This document shows positions 55,146 to 64,000 of a DNA stretch of 64,000 bases, in pieces (the first letter of the stretch is position 1; each line of letters starts with the position of its first letter). Position numbers and translations under genes: made by a program. The stretch is from positions 116,560,001-116,624,000 of the forward strand of contig OX597815.1 of assembly GCA_951406725.2 (NCBI GenBank). The letters run 5' to 3'. A model generated the notes under the pieces. That model was not told where the DNA came from and did no database searches. It was given only the letters and a program-made list of their open reading frames with translations. The DNA is from Octopus vulgaris. Its lineage: Eukaryota.

Positions 55146-55767
55146 CTCCTGTACATAGTAATTCATATTTAATTAATGACCCTCCTCCCCACCCAAGTTA
55201 CAAAATATTATATACTGGCATGTTTGTATCAATTTTAAAATGTAGCAAAGACTTGACAAGTACTGTAAATAACTTTGACAAGTACTTAAAACATATTTTC
55301 ATCAGGAAAAAATATAGCTACCATGTGAATGAATAAAGCTGTCTATAAATTATTGCAATGTGAATAGTATTAAATACATGAAACCACTGAAAGATATAAT
55401 TCCTCTTCATCAGCAGTGACCTGAAAATAACAGGTTATTGTTCCTGTTTGATGAGGCATGATATTGCAATGAAAATAAGATATTTATAACAGGAACTTAC
55501 CAGATGGAAAATGCCAACTCATTCTTAACAAATAAATAAAAGAATATATGAATTAAAAATTGAAACAACATTTCACTTAATATATATAAATAAAATCTCA
55601 AAACAACAGACCTGTTATTGTCCTCGGTTGCATTTATTCAAAGAATTTATTACACTAATATTACATCAACATTTTATTAACAAAGAAAATATATACAACT
55701 AACTGATTTCAGAATCTACTGTTCTTTTACTATCACTATTAAAGCCATAGTTATATTCTTAGTAATT

Positions 55768-55817
<50 letters not shown>

Positions 55818-56225
55818 ACAAAACTGGGAGGAAGGGAAGTGGAACGAAACGACGAATCGAATCGACCCTGACGCGATATATATATATATGTATATATATA
55901 ATGTGTGTGTGTGGGTGGGTGTGTATTATCCTCTATCTTATATCTAGTATTATTATCATTCTGGTTTTGTCCACTATTTCACCATTTTTATTCTTTTTTT
56001 TTTACTTCTTGTTTCCTCCCTATATAAGAAGCATAAAGCTCTTGACCATCACACAATGTAAGAGGGTAACTTTTGATGCAAGTCTGATGAATTCTTATTT
56101 CAGTGTAATCATTGGCAAATATGTTGTTACTTTTCACATGAAATCATTTCCCTGCAATGAAAAATGGAGTGGTGCTGAAACAGTTATTACTGATAATAAA
56201 GATTTACAAAATCCATTTTTCATCT

Positions 56226-56306
<81 letters not shown>

Positions 56307-59300
56307 TGTGTGTGCATGCGTGCACATGCATGCATGTATGTGCATGTGTGTGTAAATATTTATACAATGCAGTATTATATTGGAGGAACATGGCTTAGTG
56401 GTTAGGGTGTTGGATTCATGATCATAACATTATAGTTGTGATTCCTGGACCAGGCAACGCATTGTGCTCTTGAGCAAAACACTTCATTTCACATTTCTCT
56501 CATCCCCTCAGCTGGTAAAAGTGAGTAATCCTGCAACAGACTGGCATCCCATTCAGATGGATACACCATGAAACTGGAAACTGTTCCTTATGAGTCTATA
56601 TGTCTTAGGAAGGAACTTTGCTTTTTTAGATCCATTTCAGACAATTTTTCAAATTAGTTTTGTACAGGAGAGCTGGAGAAAAGCCCAATCTTGGGCACTT
56701 TTCAAATGGGCTGCCCAGTTTATTCTTTTCTGTTTTTTTTTTTTTTGCTCTCATGAATTTTAAGTAAATCTTTAGGTATATAGGTATAACTAAATATTTG
56801 CATAACTTTCAGTTTTTCAAGAATCTATGCAAAGTGTTTGACCAACAACAGTGAAACTGTAAAATAGACATGATTTTTCATATTTGAATATATAATTAAC
56901 TTGCTAATTTTTCTCAATGTCTAATTTGAAAAAAAAAAAAGAATAAACAAAAATGTTTCTCTTATATATGAAATATTTAAATAAATAATAGTTTAGCTAA
57001 GAAATGGCACTGGATATGGTTGTATTCAACCCTCTTCCTTTAGCTTTCTCACCCATTGTAATGCCTGAGTATTGAAGGAATCCATTAAATATCTTCATAT
57101 TCAATACCTTCCCCCTTCAACTTTCTGTACCGCAAATCACTTCCTCTATTTCTCCAGGTTACTCATTACTGACTTCCATTGCACTCTCTTACTATTAATG
57201 TTATGGTCCATTATAATCTCAGTTCCTATGCATACATGCATACAGAGACAAATATTTACACACATACATGCATGCATGAATACATACATGCATGTATACA
57301 TGTATAAATACACACACACACATACATATGACAGGCTTCTATACAGTTTCTGCCTACCACATTTCACTCATAAGGCATTGGTCAGCCCAAGTTTATAGCA
57401 GAAGGCTATATACAAGTTGCCACACTCTGAGAATGAACTCAAAACCATTATATTTATGAAACAAATTTATTAACACCACAGCCATGTCTGTGCCAAGCCA
57501 TGCCTAAATAACTTAAAACAAAAGCAAAATTGAAATTGTGTAGGCATTATCTCTCCAGTATATTACTCCAATTTAACGAATATAATTGTTCCTCAGATAT
57601 GTATATATAATATGACATAACTAGTACTGATTTGGGTTTAGTCTTAGTCTAGGTTTGGAAAGAAATGTAAGAGTGTTGAAAGTTGCAGCTGTCAGATGCT
57701 GTCAGCATATAAATTTCTTTTGTTTTCTGATAATCTTCAGACTAAAATAATCACCTCTACAACACATGACTTGCTCCTGATGCCAACAACAGACTCATGG
57801 TAAAAAATAGCTGAAGAAATGTGCGAAAGCCAAAATAAATCTTTCTTAAAAGCTATCTTATTAGAAATTTTTCTAAAAGCTATCTTTTACACAGTATGAA
57901 ATGAAAAGAACAGAGTTGAGGACAGCTAGCTTGATCTTAACAGACAGCCTATTTCTAATCATAAACTAGGTTTAAGGTTGGAACACTACTACAATTAGTT
58001 GTTAATATCTTTGTAAAAGTTGTGGAAAAATTTAACAGACTTGAAAGAAAGAAACTGTTATGAGTTGCAGACTATGTACAGGAGCAAATGCCTTACCAAA
58101 AATGAAAATAACTATAGATAAATAAAAACAAAATAAATAAAATGAAAGATGAATTTACTAAACTGAAACAATGAAAAGTAAATGTTAGAAGAGTTATGTA
58201 AGATGAAACAAGAATATAAGAGGAAAATATATTAATAATGATATTAGAACTCAGCCTTAAGTTAAAGAAGGTTGCATAGAAGTGTTTTGAGTGGCTAAGG
58301 ATTGTGAATCAAAGAACGATTCCACCAATATTTTCAGTACCTGAACAGTCAGTTGAATTTATTGGGGTATTTATTTAAAAATAATTGTGACATGTAACAG
58401 TACCCATGCTGGTGCCACATTAAAGCACCCTGTACACTCTGTAAAGTGGTTGGTGTTAGGAAGAGCATTTAGCCATAGAAACCATGCCAAAACAGACAAC
58501 TGGAGCCTGGTGCATCTCTCCAGCTTGCCAGCTCCTGTCAAACAGTCCAATCCATGATGATGAATTATGATACATTTCATTTTTGTATTTGCTTTGAAAG
58601 ACTGTTGATATGAACTCATATGCTGAAATGTTTGTTGTATCACAGGAAGATCATTAAACTAATAACGAAAGCATGTACTGGTTCCGTTTCACTGTTTTAT
58701 AATTTATTTTTCATTTGCTTAATGGTCAAAACCAATTAACTTATTGATTGTTTGATTAATCATTTGGCTATTCAATTAATCAGTTTATTACAGCCCTTTT
58801 TTTGCCATTTACCTCATCAATGACATGCCCTTTCTACTCCAAGTCTGCTTCAGATCTCTCTGATGCAATATATATAATTATGATACAGCATACAATGTAA
58901 CAATAAACAATATACAATTAAATATTACTTTACACAACAATAAAGAAGATGTAATCATCAGTATTTATTCAGAAAACCCTTCTAGAAAATGGCATTTTAC
59001 TATAAATGCAAGAGAAAAGTGAAGGCAAATAACAGATGAAATGAGAGTAAATTTATAATAAAACAACACATGAAATAGTGTTGAAATTTGAATCATAAAA
59101 ACATATGAGTTAAGAAGAAATGAGATGATTTTTGTATATTTAAGATTTATTAAGGATAAGTAAGATAATGATAAAATCAACAGCCATAATGAGGGGGATG
59201 ATATACAGAAGAAGAAAATACTCTGTTATTGGTTAGCTCCTAGTCAACACTAATCCAGCAGATCTGTAATCAAAAGCATTCCAGCTATGACTATGCTGTC

Positions 59301-59419
59301 CTTTTCTTCGATGTTATGTTTCTAGGACTGCATTATTTAATGCATACTATCTTCTAATGTTGCTAGGGTTTGTTGTGTGGTCTTTCTCACTACCAGAGCA
59401 AATTGAAAGACCATAAAGA

Positions 59420-60650
59420 GGTACCTCTCTCTGGTCTTTGTTACATGCAGAGGTTGTAACTTCTTGAATTTCATCCACCACTTTGCCACATTTTTCATTA
59501 CTAATTACGCTACCCAGTAAAGAGAAACTACATACTATTTCTTGTACAGTAATTACTCTTAACTTCTTAATACATCGAAAGACTGTTCCATGTCATCTAA
59601 CCAGAAACCATGTAAAATCTCTTGTCTATCCATTATTACTCAGCATTGAGTTCCTGTTCATTATCACTGAATGGTGCTGAGATTTTGTACTTTTTGTTCT
59701 TAACCAGTACTTTGGTTTTCACCACACTCACTATTAAGATTTTTGTCACTGAAAGTCACAAGCATGGCTGTACGGATATGGAGTTCCCGTTGTAATCATG
59801 TGATTCTGATTTCTTTCTCACAGTGTAGCACTTTGGACCAGTGATTTCTGCTATAGTTCTAGGCTAATTAATGCTCTATGAGGGGAATTAGTAGAAATTG
59901 TAAGGAAACCTGTTGTGTGTGTGAGTATGTATGTATATGTGCTTGTATGTATACATATGTATATGTATGTCTATATGTGTGTGTATGCTTCTGTGACTGT
60001 TTAGATTCAACATTTTTGCATGAAAGCCATTTGATTAAAACAGTGACTCTTTATTGAGAACCCCAGCCAACAAATCATTTTGTAGCTCTTCTGTTTTGGA
60101 AATTAGTAGAATAGAAAATCCCTTGAAAAACAAAAACAGTTAAGAGTTGGCAACAGAAAAGACACCCATCTATAAAATAATGTCTCAATAATAAGTCTTT
60201 GTCTACCCTATGTTAGCAAGGCAAAACAGACATAAAAACAAATGAACACTTTTTCCATGTTCTACAGCTGTTTGACAGTTTCTTCAATATAACTGTTACT
60301 ATAAGGCTTTAAATATTCCTAAAGACACTCAGTCCTACTTAAACTGTACCAAATTATATGAGAAGTACCAGATCCTTGGTGAAGACTCATTTCAAAACTG
60401 AGTACTTCACTTCTTCACTGAATTCTGGTTTTGGGATTATTCTATAAATTACTTCAATTACCCTAACCAGCCATTTATTTCTTCCTAAATTTCTCAGGTT
60501 ACAGAAGACAAGACCTCATCAAAGTCGTTCTTGAGGTCAATAAATGCAAAATAGAGAATTATTTGATGATGGCTAAGAACTTTTGCAAATGTCTCATTGG
60601 GAATATTGCATCTGTTGACTTCACATCCTGATTCAACCTATCAAACCTAA
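59420..60650 (-). mobile_element. Old RTE-clade RT relic interrupted by a SINE (59755-60240)
   Basis: STDAIFPMRHLQKFLA..LYFAFIDLKNDFD (60500-60650); LHQGSG (60365-60390); KTKVLV; LGSVIS..WMKFKKLQPL (59440-59750). Confidence 0.7.
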
Positions 60651-61318
60651 ATTCATAAAAAAACATTGTTATACACTCTATATGTGCAATATCAATAATA
60701 ATAATTGAAATAATAATATGATTTCTTTGGTAAATACAAGTACAATCAGATGTCCACACATACAGACATTTCCTTCATCAGTGCCAGAGGGTAGCAGTAC
60801 CCTGAGAAAGATCATGTCGAGAAGGCCTAAATGACAGATGGCTCAAAGATGACAAGCCAGCATCTTGGTTGGCTTCTGTCAATGATAGCTGGCTACTGTC
60901 ATTGTTCTCAATAGAACAACATGCGAAATTAAAACAGAATGCAAAAAGTCATCAAATGAATAGCCCTCATATGTTGTTGCCATTCTGGAATATATATATA
61001 TTTTATTTTGATTTGAATACATTATGTTGGTTGGTATATGCATGTATATAGTTATGGTTTGTATATCTGCAGGCTATCGTGATGGCACAGTGTGCTGTTG
61101 AAAACAGATTGTAGTTTTCTGAGAAGAGTAGAGAGGGGTAGATTGGACTCATGGACAGTGATTCTAGGGGTTGTATTGCTATATTTAACATGACATAATA
61201 TCGTGAGAAATACTTTTAAATTATTGTTGTTGGGATTGATGTTGTTTTTCTTGAAAAAAAAAAATCGTAAAAATTTATGCAAATAATAGAAACATTTATA
61301 ACTTTTTTTATCTTGTAG

Positions 61319-61548
61319 TTGTTGGACCTGTTGTAAAAACCACAGATCCTGATAAATTCCAAGAAGAACTGCGCAATCTCTATCCACAAGGAGGAGGTGA
61401 TTGTCCAGAGATGAGTATCGGTGCAATTAAAAGAGCTTTAGAAGAATCTCTACCACACTCTTATATTTATGTCTTCACTGATGCCACATCTAAGGATTAT
61501 GAACTCTCTCAAGAAGTATTATCACTCATACAAAACAAGCAAAGTCAG
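61319..61548 (+). CDS. HMCN1: Hemicentin (fibulin-6 / him-4 family) internal exon, N-terminal vWA domain
   Basis: Acceptor ttttttatcttgtAG (61317-18) and donor GTaaat (61549). Phase 1 to phase 0, 230 nt, open frame [76 protein letters not shown]. This closely matches the hemicentin motif [32 protein letters not shown]. Confidence 0.93.
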
Positions 61549-61696
61549 GTAAATAATAAAATACATTCGCTTATTAATCTTGTATTGTTTGCCTAAATCT
61601 AAACTACATACAAACATGTTATATTCCTTTTATATCTCAAAAAAGAATTTAGTGCTCTCACCTCTGTCCTTAGAACTAAGGTTCTACAATACAGCC

Positions 61697-61923
61697 TGGT
61701 GGGTTAGTTGATTGGTTGGTTGGTTGGTTGGTTGGTTGGCTGGTTAACTGGTTGGTTGGCTGGCTGGTTGGTTGATTTGTTGGTTGGTTGGTTGGTTGGT
61801 TGGTTGGCTGGTTAGTTGGTTGATTTGTTGGTTGGTTGGTTGGTTTGTTGGTTGGTTGGTTGGTTGGTTGGTTGGTTGGTTGGCTGGTTAGTTGGTTGAT
61901 TTGTTGGTTGGTTGGTTGGTTGG
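61697..61923. repeat. (TGGT)n microsatellite
   Basis: Directly visible. Confidence 0.95.
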
Positions 61924-62258
61924 CTAGCAGTTCAAACCCTGTCTCCAGCATTGTATTGTGCTTGTGAAACTAACTCATTTGTAGCTGTAAACAAGTATTG
62001 CGATATTGGGACATTTCAACTCTGTTAACAGCAGCAGCAGTAGCAGTAGCTGTACTACAACACTGCAACTGTTTCATTAGATGCAATGTTGCTACACACC
62101 TGGCTGCATGGTCAAGATTTTTCACTTTGCAACCACATGGTTTCATGCTCGATTTCATTGTGTGACACCCTGTAGTCTGAAGTTGGAGTGAAATTTGATA
62201 AACAGAAAGTATTTGCAGGCCAGTTGTGTGCATGTGTGTGTGTGTGGGGGGGGGGGGT

Positions 62259-62290
<32 letters not shown>

Positions 62291-62516
62291 GAGTGTATCC
62301 ATTTGCCTCTGCATTGACACCGTTTGGGCAGCAGTGATGTTTTTTCTCTTTGTCCTGCATAAGTAATACATCTAGCAGTTATGCAGTTTGATGTATGAAC
62401 ACCATTGGAATAATGTATCTTGTTTGAAAACAATGTAACAGTTAGTGTCAGCAGTAGAATATAGCTTTAAATTCTCATTCAACCCATGCCAGCATAAAAA
62501 AAAGTGTTAAAAAACA

Positions 62517-62720
62517 TTGATGATGATGATGATGATGATGACGATGATGATGATGATGATGATGAGGATGATGATGATGATGATGATGAGGATGAGGATG
62601 AGGATGATGATGATGAGGATGAGGATGAGGATGATGAGGATGATGAGGATGATGAGGATTGATGACAGATAATGATGAACGATGCTGATGAGGATGGTGA
62701 TTGATGATGTTGATGATGAG
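62517..62720. repeat. (GAT)n/(GATGAG)n tract (expanded RTE-type tail)
   Basis: Follows aacccatgccagcat...gttaaaa. Confidence 0.85.
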
Positions 62721-63678
62721 ATCAACTCTTCATATAATTATAGTTTAAAGAAGGATGATCTCTTCAAACAATACCTACAATTTGTCTTCAACATGTTACA
62801 TAATCCACTGAATTATGGAACTTGCTATAATGAACACACATCAAAGTGTAGTGACAAGCTCCCAGAAAGTCAAAATCTGAAACAAAAGTTAAATTCGCAA
62901 TTGAGCTGCGTTCACCTCCACTTAAATTCTCACACCAACATCTTTTGGCTGTGGTTAATGACTTTGAGGTGGGGGGTGTCAACTGATTACCCTCAAAGCA
63001 TTGCATGAAGGTGAAGCCTTCAATTACAAACCAATAACTTATTAAGGGTTACATAACTTTTATTTTTAATAGCTAGCACCATAGATCTGAGAAGTGCTAA
63101 TACACGGACTTGAGAATAGCAATTCTATATGTTTACTTGTTATTATTTTTTATACTTACAATGTTCTTGTAAAAGAGGTAAAAGTTATTCTTGGAAAGAC
63201 ACAAAGTGAAGATTTCAATATATTTTCTCAGTTGGTGGTGAGAAAAAAGAAGTATATGCTAAACTTAACTTCCTATATCAAATTTATTGTGTTAGTGCAA
63301 TTTTTTTATGTGAAGTTGTATCAATTCAAAGCTTAGATTAATAAATGAGTTTTGTTTATTTTTATACTAAGATTATTTTGTTATTTTTACTTGTTTAATG
63401 TATATATTGTAAGTAGCTTATGTCAAATTCCACTTCATTAAGTAGAAAAATACATATTTCTTCTTGGTTGCATCCTGAACATGTTACAAATTAGTCTTGC
63501 AGATTATAACTGTTACTGATTTCATTGACCTGGAAGGACTCACTAGCTTTCATAGAATTGGAGCAATTTAATATTAAGTAATGATTCAACAGATATCATG
63601 TCCATTGTTCTTGTTGACTACACTGAGTCAACTTTTTCATGTCTGTGGATGCAAATATTGCATATAGATTCATAATAA

Positions 63679-63879
63679 CCCTTTTGTTACCATATTTCTG
63701 TTGAAATACACTGTCTTTATTTCAGTTAATTTTTAAATAATGAAGAATTTATTAAAGCAACTTTACCATTGTTTCAGACATGAATTAATTTGAAATTTTA
63801 ATGAAAAATTTTAATTTAGACACTTTGAAGCAGAAAGTTTTAGATGGGTTGATTTTAGGTGGGCTAGTATCATAAGGGC
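63679..63879. mobile_element. piggyBac-type MITE
   Basis: ATAA|CCCTTTTGTTACCA ... TAGTATCATAAGGG(C)|TTAA, imperfect TIRs. Confidence 0.6.
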
Positions 63880-64000
63880 TTAAAGATTAAGAAAGAATTT
63901 CAGAGCCAAAAACAAATTTCATTCTTAGACATTCAGTTATCATTCTAGTGAGAAGTTAGGAAAATCAAAGAAATGAATACAAACTTCATTTCTTAATTCT

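Noticed and set aside
61319-61548. VWA7 rather than hemicentin
   Set aside because: [14 protein letters not shown] and LIQ.KQSQ match hemicentin much more closely, as far as I recall the two families.
61411-61596. ORF-track start at MSIGAIK and read-through past 61548
   Set aside because: Homology extends upstream to the AG at 61318 and stops at the GT donor; it is an internal exon.
61697-61923. Interstitial telomere
   Set aside because: The unit is TGGT, not TTAGGG.
63493-63570. Next hemicentin exon after cttgcag
   Set aside because: The translation has no VVFVxTGDC similarity and the sequence looks like a SINE relic.

Overview
AT-rich, microsatellite-dense animal genomic DNA. The SINE/LINE repertoire strongly resembles Octopus (coleoid cephalopod); this is inferred from repeat recognition. 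Only one host-gene exon is supported: a 230-nt internal exon of hemicentin (N-terminal vWA domain) at 61319-61548 (+), so the upstream ~61 kb is probably one very large intron. The rest is degraded or nested mobile DNA: tRNA-derived SINEs, RTE, CR1 and R4/Dong-type (RLE) LINE relics, hAT (Buster/ZBED), Tc1/IS630-like, piggyBac-type and Helitron relics, and simple repeats. Most listed ORFs are microsatellite artefacts. The most interesting signals are hand-folded minimal type I hammerhead ribozyme motifs with covaried C3-G8 cores. A U3-A8 variant sits in a highly structured 361-nt tandem unit (8721-9346, retrozyme or Penelope pLTR-like), and a G3-C8 variant sits in a TSD-flanked inverted-repeat insertion (5791-6109). 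An RLE LINE family repeatedly associated with (CATA)n is also notable. All repeat boundaries and identities were estimated by eye and are approximate.
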